DNA from: a virus
Length of the DNA stretch: 64,000 nucleotides
Direction: 5' to 3' (one strand)
IMG/VR virus record: IMGVR_UViG_3300017917_002969
Span: 33,581 to 97,580 of that record
Of the stretch, positions 10,364-20,104 are shown in pieces. Made by a program: the position numbers and the translations under genes. The first letter of the stretch is position 1, and each line of letters begins with the position of its first letter. A model generated the notes under the pieces. That model did not search any database, had not been told where the DNA came from, and saw only the letters and a list, made by a program, of their open reading frames with translations.

Positions 10364-11243
10364 ATTGTTTTAATTTATATTCATTATGTTCTAACAAACA
10401 CTCATCATAATTATATAAAATATTATCTCTACCTAACCAATGTATGTTTCTATAGATATTATAACCACAACTCCAAAAACCATCTGAAATATTGTGCCTA
10501 GCCCAATATTTTGGTCCAATTACAAATTTTAAAGACTCACTAGTAAAAACTGGAAAAAATGCAAACGAACTATTAGACATAATTAAGTAGTTAGCATTTT
10601 TTATTATCGAATAGTCTTTAGCTATATCAAAATGATAAACTTCTAGATTTGGAAAATAATTTTTAGCAGAAGAAACGTCATCAGTTATAACCACAAATCT
10701 AAAATTTTTATTTATTTTTAACATATGTTTCATTGCGTTATACCAATATTCTTTATTTAAAAATAAATCAGCTACATTTCTGTATTCACCACCCCTAAAA
10801 TTAATTATACATATGTTTTCATTAGAAAAATCATAACATTCTTTTTCTGGTTTAATTTTAAACCATTTTTTTATCTCTTCTTTTCTATGGTAAAAATAAT
10901 TTTCAGATTGCATAACACCATCTATTTTCGTATTATCTTTAATGTCAATTAAATTTTTATCATATTCTCTTATATCACATTTAAAAATTGGATGGTATAA
11001 ATTTTTTTCAACATAATAGTTAACTATTTCATTAGGTAGTTCTATTGGTGGCCCACCTTCTGGACCGTATCCACCAATAACTTCACAACCCATATCTAAA
11101 TCCATAAAATCTAAACACTTGAATTTATCACCATTAATTATTCCAAATTGGTAATTATTATCTAAAGCAATTGTTCTGGTCGTAGCATAACAAAATAATT
11201 GATTTCCTAACCCTTGACCATTGTAAATTTCTGTAACTATCAT
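10350..11243 (-). CDS. GT11 (alpha-1,2-fucosyltransferase-like)
   Basis: GQGLGNQLF, NFRGGEY, VITDD, NSSF motifs. Confidence 0.8.
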   Translation of the reverse strand: MIVTEIYNGQGLGNQLFCYATTRTIALDNNYQFGIINGDKFKCLDFMDLDMGCEVIGGYGPEGGPPIELPNEIVNYYVEKNLYHPIFKCDIREYDKNLIDIKDNTKIDGVMQSENYFYHRKEEIKKWFKIKPEKECYDFSNENICIINFRGGEYRNVADLFLNKEYWYNAMKHMLKINKNFRFVVITDDVSSAKNYFPNLEVYHFDIAKDYSIIKNANYLIMSNSSFAFFPVFTSESLKFVIGPKYWARHNISDGFWSCGYNIYRNIHWLGRDNILYNYDECLLEHNEYKLKQYGKN

Positions 11244-11250
11244 ATTTTTT

Positions 11251-11871
11251 TTATTTTTTTATTATATTAACTCCATTATTACCACAGTCTAATAAGCCAG
11301 AGCCAGTCATATGACCAATTTCTGTTAAATCATGTTTCACCCATTTTAATGAATTCCACCAATTTAACATATTGTGATGTGAAGGTGAAAAAACATCATC
11401 ACATAGTATGTAACCATTATAATTCATTTTTTCAATTAAATTTGAGAATAAATTTTCATGTATGCCATCGTGCACAGTATCAAAAAAAATAAATTTACTA
11501 GCTAAAAATATTTCTTCTGATTCAGTTAATATATCTTTATTTTTAAATGATAAATTTGGATAATCTAACCCAAAAGGCGTGTGTTGATTTTCCCATAATA
11601 AACCGTTAAGGTTTTTATCCTCAATATCATAGGTTATCACCTTATTATTTTTGTTTTGGGCTAAGCATAATGCTGAAATACCTTGATGGGTACCAGCGTC
11701 AATTATTAAAGTATTATCAAACTTGTATGATAAATATGTTAATAATTTATAGTGTTGTAATGACGGTAATGTATTATTTTGTGCTGTTTGTATATGTCCA
11801 ATATTATCATAATATTTTAACAAAAAACTAACATCAGTGTTTAAAACATCGTTGTAATTAATTTCTATCAT
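11251..11871 (-). CDS. Class I SAM-dependent methyltransferase
   Basis: IIDAGTHQGISA, TYDI, FIFFDTVHDG, LCDD. Confidence 0.75.
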   Translation of the reverse strand: MIEINYNDVLNTDVSFLLKYYDNIGHIQTAQNNTLPSLQHYKLLTYLSYKFDNTLIIDAGTHQGISALCLAQNKNNKVITYDIEDKNLNGLLWENQHTPFGLDYPNLSFKNKDILTESEEIFLASKFIFFDTVHDGIHENLFSNLIEKMNYNGYILCDDVFSPSHHNMLNWWNSLKWVKHDLTEIGHMTGSGLLDCGNNGVNIIKK

Positions 11872-11874
11872 ATT

Positions 11875-12498
11875 TTATTTTTTATATTTGTGAAAACCAA
11901 AAGGTTCGTCAACATCTTCATCACAATTTGTTTCATGGCTGAACATTGCTGCTATTTCAGGTGTCGCAAATTTAACCCCATAATTTTCTAATTCTCTTCT
12001 GTAATAGTTACATAAAACACCATCTTCATTATAGAAGCCAGTTCCATTATCTGTAAATGGTAAATTTAAATCGTTTAAACAATTCATTAACTTTTTGCTT
12101 CTTAGAGTAAAACCACCGTTACCTACTCTAATATTCAAATCCCCATTGAAATGAACATTTTTAGGCCACGGTGCGCCAATGTAATCATAATTTAAAAACT
12201 CATCAATCCATTTATGTGGTCTTAAAACATAACCATCATATTGAACTACTAGAGCAAAATCACTTTTTATGAAGTTAGCTAGGTCAAATAACATGAACTT
12301 ACTATACTCGTCAATATTATTTATTTTAGGACAATAAATAAATGTGATGTTATCTGGTAAGTTATTTGGTTTTTCATGACTTATGAACAACGCTTCATAA
12401 AATTCAATCCCTTCCATAGATTTTTGAAGAGCGTTGATAGTTTCTTGAATTTTAACCGAACTAACAGATACCAAAGTTACATTACTTAATTTAATCAT
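11875..12498 (-). CDS. DUF5672-like putative glycosyltransferase
   Basis: QYDGYV, YDYIGAPW, VGNGGFTLRS, NED, FGFH motifs. Confidence 0.8.
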   Translation of the reverse strand: MIKLSNVTLVSVSSVKIQETINALQKSMEGIEFYEALFISHEKPNNLPDNITFIYCPKINNIDEYSKFMLFDLANFIKSDFALVVQYDGYVLRPHKWIDEFLNYDYIGAPWPKNVHFNGDLNIRVGNGGFTLRSKKLMNCLNDLNLPFTDNGTGFYNEDGVLCNYYRRELENYGVKFATPEIAAMFSHETNCDEDVDEPFGFHKYKK

Positions 12499-13187
12499 TT
12501 AAATTTATTTTTAACATAATTTAATTCTTTATTCATTAAATTTGCATTGACTAGTGTATTTGAAACTTGGTGACTTCCAGTTCTATTAACAACCGTAATA
12601 ATATCTAATATTTTTGGTTCTCCAAATTTTTCAAAACATCTTTTGTAATATTCACAATCCATTAACCAAATTAAATTTTCATCAAATAGAAAAGGGTTTT
12701 TATTTAATATAGTTAATACAGATGGTGAGCTTATTGTGTTTATACCTAAATGTATGTCTTCATTGTAAATAGGTTTAAAATCACGATAAAATGTAAAACC
12801 ATCATTTGAATGTTCGCACCTAGATACAAGCCATTTATCTTTTTTTAAGTCAAAATTATTTACCGTATTAAATAAACTATTATTGTCGTATAAAAAATCA
12901 TCTTGAAATAAAACCTTGATTAACTCACCATTAGAATTTAAAATACAATTATTTATGTTTGCCGATGAACTACCTACATTATTTAGGTTTTTTAAATATT
13001 TTATATTTAATACACTTTTGAAACTTTCACACGTTTTTTGTATTTCATCATTATATGAGTGGTCTGATACAACAATTTCAAAATCTTTAAATGTTTGATT
13101 AGTCAATATTTTTAAACTATGTTCTAAAAATATAGACCCATTACTCTTCATTTCATATGCTGGAATACAGATGCTTAAATAACTCAT
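12495..13187 (-). CDS. Glycosyltransferase family 2
   Basis: SICIPAY, FEIVVSD, LFQDD, MDCEY. Confidence 0.85.
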   Translation of the reverse strand: MSYLSICIPAYEMKSNGSIFLEHSLKILTNQTFKDFEIVVSDHSYNDEIQKTCESFKSVLNIKYLKNLNNVGSSSANINNCILNSNGELIKVLFQDDFLYDNNSLFNTVNNFDLKKDKWLVSRCEHSNDGFTFYRDFKPIYNEDIHLGINTISSPSVLTILNKNPFLFDENLIWLMDCEYYKRCFEKFGEPKILDIITVVNRTGSHQVSNTLVNANLMNKELNYVKNKFK

Positions 13188-13206
13188 ATTTAATTATAAT
13201 TATTCA

Positions 13207-13995
13207 TTAGTTATTGTCAATAGTTAACCAATTTTTTTGTATTACGTCATGATAATCTTTTGGTCCTAAAGGTCCAAACCATTTTTTTGGACCTATTTTA
13301 ATAGAATCAGGTGTTGTATTTAGATAAGCACCCCACCAACTAAAAGTACTGTTAGATAAAATGTTATTATTACACATTGTCATAATTGTTATATCTAATA
13401 TTTCATTTTTTAAATCTGGGAAAATATAATTTTCATCACTATGAAAACTATTTTTAACCCATTCCATATCATCAGACATAAAGATAAAATATGAATCACC
13501 AATAATTTCCATAGCATTTTTAAAATAATTAATTGAACAAACAGTATGATATTCAGAATTTTTTAGATAATCACCCCTTCTAATATTAATAGATGTTATT
13601 GGTTTTTGTTGAGTTTTAAAAATAGGTATTATTTCAGTTATAAGTTTTTTATCATCTTCAGATATATAAAACAAGTCACGTATTTCTTTTTCATAACCAA
13701 TAAAATATTTTTCACTTTGAAAAAACCCATTCAATAATATGTTTTTTTGATATACTAATTCTTTGTAACTAAATGTTGGTTCTGTATATATTATTGATGG
13801 TGTAAAATCATTTATTGTATTTATTTTTTTAAAAATATTATCTTTATATTTACTAGATACATAACCTTGATTTGGTGTGTGACATTGATTAAAATTAAAA
13901 ACGGACACATCATCATTATTAAGTGCTAATGCATGTGCTGCTGAAATTTGAAACATTTGGTTTCCTAAACCACCTTGTAATCTACAACTTACCAT
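13207..13995 (-). CDS. GT11 alpha-1,2-fucosyltransferase
   Basis: GGLGNQMFQ, GFFQSEKYF, NIRRGDY, SDD, NSTFSWWGAYL. Confidence 0.9.
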   Translation of the reverse strand: MVSCRLQGGLGNQMFQISAAHALALNNDDVSVFNFNQCHTPNQGYVSSKYKDNIFKKINTINDFTPSIIYTEPTFSYKELVYQKNILLNGFFQSEKYFIGYEKEIRDLFYISEDDKKLITEIIPIFKTQQKPITSINIRRGDYLKNSEYHTVCSINYFKNAMEIIGDSYFIFMSDDMEWVKNSFHSDENYIFPDLKNEILDITIMTMCNNNILSNSTFSWWGAYLNTTPDSIKIGPKKWFGPLGPKDYHDVIQKNWLTIDNN

Positions 13996-14695
13996 ATTTT
14001 TGTTTGTTTCTGATTTTTATTGCAATTTCATTTACCAAAGTTAAATCAACCTTGTGGTCGTTTAGAGGGTTTTCTTCATTATAGATATAATTTATTTCAT
14101 TCATAAAATAATATCTTTCTTCACCAGCCATTTCAAGCATAGGAAACATAAAAGATAAATCACCAGTTACTTTCCAATAAACACCAGTTTCATCTTTTAA
14201 ATCTTCTTGTTTAATTTTTCTCCATAAAAAAGCCCTCCATGTTCTTATATGTGAAGCTGTGAATCTAGAAGCTCTTAAGTTATCAAAATTAGTCTGTCTA
14301 GACGAAAAACCAATGCTTCCATTTGAATAACGAAAACTACCGTTAGCTATCCAAATATTTGGGTTTGAATATACTTTATTAATTCTAGATAATGTATTAC
14401 CATCTGGTAACCAATCATCACCATCAACCTCTATTATTATTTCATTATCAGATATTTTATCATTATTTCTGATTACTTGGTCATAGTTACCTGGTTGGTA
14501 AAATTTTGTTTTGTTTTCTATTAGAATAAATCTGTCATCACCTTGAATCATTTCTTTGATGATTTTTACAGTATTATCTGTTGACATATCGTCAGTAATG
14601 TAACACGTAAAATCACAAAACGTTTGACCCATAAGTGAACCAATACACTTTTCAATATAATTGGCACAGTTATATGCTGTTGTAAGTATAACCAT
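13982..14695 (-). CDS. Glycosyltransferase family 2
   Basis: TTAYN, DDMSTD, VDGDDW motifs. Confidence 0.88.
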   Translation of the reverse strand: MVILTTAYNCANYIEKCIGSLMGQTFCDFTCYITDDMSTDNTVKIIKEMIQGDDRFILIENKTKFYQPGNYDQVIRNNDKISDNEIIIEVDGDDWLPDGNTLSRINKVYSNPNIWIANGSFRYSNGSIGFSSRQTNFDNLRASRFTASHIRTWRAFLWRKIKQEDLKDETGVYWKVTGDLSFMFPMLEMAGEERYYFMNEINYIYNEENPLNDHKVDLTLVNEIAIKIRNKQKYGKL

Positions 14696-15444
14696 TATTT
14701 TAAAATTTGAATTCTTTTATTTAAGTATGTTTTATAATCAGCTTTTTGTTCGTCAACATTGAATAAATAATATAAACCAAAACCGTTTTGTATGTTAAAT
14801 TGACTTAACCTTTCACCTCTTATTTTATGTTTTAGCATATGATTTTCAATACCCAAAAATTTAAAATGTAACATTTTTAAAGATGGGTCTGTTGATAAAA
14901 TAACTTCACCTTGTGGTTGTGCTGAGTGACACCCAAAACCATAGTTTATATTGGTTATTTTATTACAATCAAACATCATAGGTTTATCCAACACATTTGT
15001 TTTAACACCAAACTTTACTTTTTCAAAAATGTTATCATTTGGTTTTAAATTTAAATCTTCGTCACCAACCATATGATAACCTTCTGGTTTAAATATTGTT
15101 ATACCATTTTCTTTTGATTTTATTAAAAAATCAACCATATTTTCATGGTATAAGAATTCATCAGCATCACCTAAAATGACATAATCAGCATACCCAACAC
15201 TAGATTTCCAAACATGGTTTTTTAACTTAATGTGCACACCATCATGAAATTCTTCATTAGAATCAAAAGGAATTATTTCAGTATTGGGGAATGATTCAAT
15301 AATTTCACAACTTTTATCGGTTGAATTATTGTCCAATATAATAATTTTTTCACAAAAACTAGAATAATATTTTAATAGATGTGGTAATATATTTTCTTCA
15401 TTATAACAAATAAAAAAAGCATGTACTATTGGTTTTTCAATCAT
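14695..15444 (-). CDS. Glycosyltransferase family 2-like
   Basis: CYNEE, DNNSTD, DADEF, GCH, LHFK. Confidence 0.82.
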   Translation of the reverse strand: MIEKPIVHAFFICYNEENILPHLLKYYSSFCEKIIILDNNSTDKSCEIIESFPNTEIIPFDSNEEFHDGVHIKLKNHVWKSSVGYADYVILGDADEFLYHENMVDFLIKSKENGITIFKPEGYHMVGDEDLNLKPNDNIFEKVKFGVKTNVLDKPMMFDCNKITNINYGFGCHSAQPQGEVILSTDPSLKMLHFKFLGIENHMLKHKIRGERLSQFNIQNGFGLYYLFNVDEQKADYKTYLNKRIQILK

Positions 15445-16403
15445 TTTTTTTCTTTTTTTTCGTATTTTTTATCTAATTCTTTTTGTCTATATTTTTCAAA
15501 AATATCTTCACCATTTATCTCAACTTTAGCTTTAAATTTAATAACATAATTTCCATCAAATTCGATTATCTTATCAAACAATAAATCAGTGTATTTGTAA
15601 AAATAAAAATCATCAACACCAACTGCACCATCTGTAATAAAAGATACAGTAGATATATCTAACATATTTACCAACATAGGATTTTTAATAGCTTTTTTGA
15701 TTTCTTTTATAAAAAACACACTAGTTTTATTATAATCTTTTGGGTACTTACTGACATAAAATTCTAATAACCTTGTATCATTATCAATATATCTAACAGT
15801 TAATTTTTTGGTGTATGCCTCAATATCAAATTTAGGTACAAATTTTCTCTCAACAATAATATGTCTTTTTGATTTATAAGTTGAATAATATTTGTCACCA
15901 GAAATAATCCCTAACGTAGTCGTACCGCTTTTTGTGTGTAGATTTTCTTCCTTTTCTTCAATACAATTATTTGATAGCGTATCACTAACACTTAATGTTA
16001 TTTCGTCATTATTAACACACATTTCTAACGGGTAAGTGTCATACTCGTCTAATTTTATATTTTCAAGTTCTTTGGTTTTATTTTTTGTATATGTTCTGGT
16101 TATTGGATAACCATCTTCATCATACCCAATTATTTCAGTTATATGACCAGAACTTTCCTTAAGAATTTTGTATGTTCTCCATCTTAAATTTCTTACTTCT
16201 TCACTGACTTCTCCTTGTATTAATGAATCAGCTAATTGACCTTGTGTATTTCTTCTTACGTAATTTACATCATCAGCTAAAGTTTCAGTTTTTTGTCCTA
16301 GTGCATTTTTTTCTACATTTGCTAAAGACAATGATAACTTAACCACATTTTTTTGAATTAATTTTTTTAACTTTTTAATCACAATTCTAAAATTTTTATC
16401 CAC
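15441..16403 (-). CDS. Hypothetical protein
   Basis: 320-aa ORF with no recognisable motif; true start may lie downstream. Confidence 0.65.
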   Translation of the reverse strand: MDKNFRIVIKKLKKLIQKNVVKLSLSLANVEKNALGQKTETLADDVNYVRRNTQGQLADSLIQGEVSEEVRNLRWRTYKILKESSGHITEIIGYDEDGYPITRTYTKNKTKELENIKLDEYDTYPLEMCVNNDEITLSVSDTLSNNCIEEKEENLHTKSGTTTLGIISGDKYYSTYKSKRHIIVERKFVPKFDIEAYTKKLTVRYIDNDTRLLEFYVSKYPKDYNKTSVFFIKEIKKAIKNPMLVNMLDISTVSFITDGAVGVDDFYFYKYTDLLFDKIIEFDGNYVIKFKAKVEINGEDIFEKYRQKELDKKYEKKEKK

Positions 16404-18385
16404 TCTTTTAAGATGTCGTTATTGCTAATATCTATATTATCATATTCGGTAGATTCATTACCATAAAAAGACACACCAGTTGATAAACATTCGTCTTTGA
16501 CTAAACAAGCAACTTCACTTTTAGATGAGTGATAAACTCGACCAATCATGTCATACATTTGTTGTTTATTCTCATAAAAACCCATTACAATTACTTTATC
16601 GCTTAACAGCGGTTTAACAAAATTATCATAATAAACACCGCCTATTTCACCGAATAAGTATATTTTTTCACAACCATCAACTAAGGCTCTATTTATCGAC
16701 ACATGTGTTTGTTTATTCTCATCAAAAGAGCCTATAACACCAGCAATTTTATCTAAACCAGTTTTGTCTCTTCTAATAAATTCTTGTTTAAAATTAGGTA
16801 TTATTTGATACGGGCCATTATAATCGCTATGGTATTTTCTATGTTTTTCGTTTAAGAAAACAACTTCATCCCAATATTTAGTTATTTTACCAACCTCGAA
16901 TAAGTTTTTTTCATGACATGATAACACTACTTTACCAGCATTTGGTCTTTTTGGTAAATTTATAAAGTGAGTTATTAACCTATCATTTGGTTTTACACTA
17001 AAAGTTTCATCTAGCACTCCGCTTTTACATTTATCCAAATGCCATTTATGAGGTCCATAAAACGTAGCATCGTATCCAGCGTTATTTAATTCTTTAGTAA
17101 GTCTTATTAAAGCAAAGGTAGAACCTCCTTTATCAGACCAACCACTAACTATTTTTATAGGGCCTTTAATATATTTGTTCAATTTTTTTCTAGTTACAAC
17201 TTTAGGTTCAAACATTTTTATATTATTGCTATCAATAGAAAACTTAGTTATTAAATTATTTTTAATAACATCATCTTTTGCAAAATAGCTAATAACCAAA
17301 GGGTCGGTAATTGGAGTGTTTTCAGGAGAACTTTCTACCGATACAAAATCAAAATCACCATAAAGCTTTTTAAAATGTTCAAATAATTGAGGATTTGTGA
17401 TGTATATCAAATCAAAGCTAGGTTCATTTATTTTATATAGATTATTTTCTTTGGATAATACGTAACCATTATCAGTATTAAAACCCCATTTACCGTCACC
17501 TAATTTAAACCCAGGTGGTTCTAATAAATTAGCAACTTTAATGTTGTTATTCTTGAACATTAATTCTTGCTTTTTATTTATCTTAGACATAACAGTCACT
17601 GAATGATTATTTTCTTTCAATTTTTTTATTATATTCAAAAAGTAAGTTTCGTTTTCACTATCATTTTCCAATGACATCGCTATGAATAAAATTTTTAATT
17701 TTTCATTTTTTCTTGTCTTTTTGTCTATTGTTACTGGTAATTTATCTTTAAACTTATCAACAAATTTTTGTCTATTGACTTCCCACTGTTCGTTAGTCAT
17801 ACCAACAGATTGGTGGTTAACCCTAATGATAGTTGTAACACCAATTTTAACACCTTCTAAAAAGTTTTCAAAACAAAAAGTAACATCATAGAAATGAAAA
17901 CCTTCAACATCTTCGTTAAAAGTCTTTTTTAACTTGGTTTTATCAACAGCAAAGAATAAACCATCAACTAATACCGTTTCTTCAATCTCTTTTCCTAAAT
18001 CATCAGAATAACTAGATAACCATGTCTTACCTTCATGAGTATGTTGAACTCTTCCATACATTTTTTTAGGATTCTCCCACCATTTTCCACTTTGTGAAAG
18101 ATATTTGGTCCCAGCAACACCTATGATTCCATATTCTTGGTTGTTGGACATCAGCTTTAATAACTTATGTCCCCATTGTTTGGTTTCAATCGTAATATCA
18201 TCATGACAAAACACAACAATATCATTTGTTGCTTGTTGTAAACCTCTATTGTAAGCCTTTGTTAACGCCTCTCCATTGTTTACAATTTCAATTATTTCTA
18301 AATGTTTATGTAACCCAGACGTTTTGATTAAATGTTCTTTATGTTCTGGTTTTGACTCTCTGGTGCAATATACTATTGTTAACAT
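16379..18385 (-). CDS. Multi-domain glycosyltransferase (N-terminal GT-A plus GT-B-like C-terminal region)
   Basis: CHDDI, VDGLF, FHFYD in the N-terminal 220 aa; SGWSDKGGSTFA and SEVACLVKDEC in the C-terminal part. Confidence 0.72.
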   Translation of the reverse strand: MLTIVYCTRESKPEHKEHLIKTSGLHKHLEIIEIVNNGEALTKAYNRGLQQATNDIVVFCHDDITIETKQWGHKLLKLMSNNQEYGIIGVAGTKYLSQSGKWWENPKKMYGRVQHTHEGKTWLSSYSDDLGKEIEETVLVDGLFFAVDKTKLKKTFNEDVEGFHFYDVTFCFENFLEGVKIGVTTIIRVNHQSVGMTNEQWEVNRQKFVDKFKDKLPVTIDKKTRKNEKLKILFIAMSLENDSENETYFLNIIKKLKENNHSVTVMSKINKKQELMFKNNNIKVANLLEPPGFKLGDGKWGFNTDNGYVLSKENNLYKINEPSFDLIYITNPQLFEHFKKLYGDFDFVSVESSPENTPITDPLVISYFAKDDVIKNNLITKFSIDSNNIKMFEPKVVTRKKLNKYIKGPIKIVSGWSDKGGSTFALIRLTKELNNAGYDATFYGPHKWHLDKCKSGVLDETFSVKPNDRLITHFINLPKRPNAGKVVLSCHEKNLFEVGKITKYWDEVVFLNEKHRKYHSDYNGPYQIIPNFKQEFIRRDKTGLDKIAGVIGSFDENKQTHVSINRALVDGCEKIYLFGEIGGVYYDNFVKPLLSDKVIVMGFYENKQQMYDMIGRVYHSSKSEVACLVKDECLSTGVSFYGNESTEYDNIDISNNDILKEWIKILEL

Positions 18386-19053
18386 TACTTTTTAAATCTA
18401 TTATATGCGTTATCAGTTATTCTAATGATATTTGCTTGACCTATAAATTCATCCAAATTAAGCGCATTAGAATAACTCATTGCTGAACGTAGATAAGCCT
18501 CAAAGTTTTCAACCCATTGTGCTAACCTATATTCAACTTTTCTAAATCTAATAACACCTTCTGAAGTTGTCAATACTTCTTTACCCCATTTTTTCTGAAC
18601 TTCTTTGGTGCTCATACCTCTGAATTTTTTAGTAACTGGTATCTTATTGTTATAAGCCCATTCAGCTATCTTTTGATTTACCTTAAGTTTACCCCACAAA
18701 TAGTTTTCACCACACGATTCTATTGCTTTGTTAAATAAGCTTCCAACCATTACATAATCAGCACCAAGGGCCAAAGCTTTAATAATGTCACTGTATGTTT
18801 GCATACCACCATCAGCCACAATCTTTGCAGGTTTATCTAACCACAAAGAAGTATTATAACATTCTTGAATTAAAGATGCCATAGGATAACCAACACCAGT
18901 ATGAACGGTTGTACTACAATTATGTACGATATGTTTATTAACATGGTACGAATGATTTTCATTAACAGTAATATCATATAACATATTATATGATTCTGTC
19001 TTAAAAGGCTCAATACTTTCTATTTCTTTTAGTTTATATTTTTTTAGTTTCAT
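18385..19053 (-). CDS. Split intein C-fragment (45 aa) fused to the C-terminal half of an IMPDH/GMP reductase
   Basis: YDITVNENHSY...IVHN|CSTTVHTGVG, then VADGG, DIIKALALGADYVMVG, FRGMS, SEG, LRSAMSY. Confidence 0.92.
   Translation of the reverse strand: MKLKKYKLKEIESIEPFKTESYNMLYDITVNENHSYHVNKHIVHNCSTTVHTGVGYPMASLIQECYNTSLWLDKPAKIVADGGMQTYSDIIKALALGADYVMVGSLFNKAIESCGENYLWGKLKVNQKIAEWAYNNKIPVTKKFRGMSTKEVQKKWGKEVLTTSEGVIRFRKVEYRLAQWVENFEAYLRSAMSYSNALNLDEFIGQANIIRITDNAYNRFKK
18919..19053 (-). mobile_element. Split intein, IntC
   Basis: Block F (YDITV..NHSY) and block G (HN followed by Cys+1). Confidence 0.92.
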
Positions 19054-20065
19054 CGTATATTTTTTTTAATTTATTTATGAAATTTAAAGATTTAACATGT
19101 TTATCGCTAACTCTAATTAATATAAAGTTATTTAATTTAGCTATTTTATTTTTTAATATATCATTAGTTTTAGCCTCATCTGATGAATGCCAAAACTCAC
19201 CATCTAATTCAATTAATATTTTCCCACCTAATTTATAATCAAAAACTTTTCCACCTAATTCAAAAGAACTTGAAACTGATTTACCAAAATAAAATTTTAA
19301 AACATTATAAAAATCAATTTCAATTTGGCTATGTTTAACAAATTTAACTTTTTTTAATTCATCAAATGTTAAATTTTCTTTTAAAAACCAACCAAGATAA
19401 TTTTTATTAATATCTAACCCAACGACTGTTATTATTTGATTAAATGTAACCTTATCGTTTTCTTTTAATAGTTCTTTAATTATTGGTAACGAATTATTTA
19501 AAAATTCAATAACATTATTATTAGGTGTTATTGGTTTATTTAACCATTTTGTTTTAGATTTCAAACATATTCGTTTAAAAATTTCTTTATTTTTAACCAA
19601 CCCAGCTTTAAACCAATAACTTTTTAATGTTCTAAAATCAATTGATATGTTTTTAGATAGGACACTGATTGGTTTATTTAAATTTATGAAATCATCATAC
19701 GTTTTTTTTAGTTCATCATATGTTATACCAGTTTTTTCCAATAAAAAGTTTAAATTATCATATTTTTCTTTCGATTTTTTTATTTTTAATAAAACATCAT
19801 TAGACTGAACTACAAAATTTTTATGATTCGAAAAATATTTTAAATATTTACCTTTATGAAATTTAGTTTTATTACCGCAACCGCAAGCGCAAACCCCTTC
19901 GTTATCCTTTAAAAAGTATTTAGTATAATATTCCTCGTTAGTCATATTATGTAACATTTTTAAATGATTACTAAAAGACAAAAAATTTTTATTATCAGTT
20001 TCTTTATCAAAGGTTTGGTTACATTCCAAACAAACACATTTTTCAAGAAAATATTTTTTTAGCAT
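19034..20065 (-). CDS. Free-standing homing endonuclease, Vsr/DUF559-like (EDxHD type) with N-terminal Zn-binding motifs
   Basis: CLEC...HLKMLH, CACGCG; C-terminal FDYK...IELDGEFWH...D..KN; lies between the split-intein halves. Confidence 0.82.
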   Translation of the reverse strand: MLKKYFLEKCVCLECNQTFDKETDNKNFLSFSNHLKMLHNMTNEEYYTKYFLKDNEGVCACGCGNKTKFHKGKYLKYFSNHKNFVVQSNDVLLKIKKSKEKYDNLNFLLEKTGITYDELKKTYDDFINLNKPISVLSKNISIDFRTLKSYWFKAGLVKNKEIFKRICLKSKTKWLNKPITPNNNVIEFLNNSLPIIKELLKENDKVTFNQIITVVGLDINKNYLGWFLKENLTFDELKKVKFVKHSQIEIDFYNVLKFYFGKSVSSSFELGGKVFDYKLGGKILIELDGEFWHSSDEAKTNDILKNKIAKLNNFILIRVSDKHVKSLNFINKLKKIYDETKKI

Positions 20066-20104
20066 ATCTAGTTTTGTTATAAATATGTCGAACTTATTAA
20101 AAAG

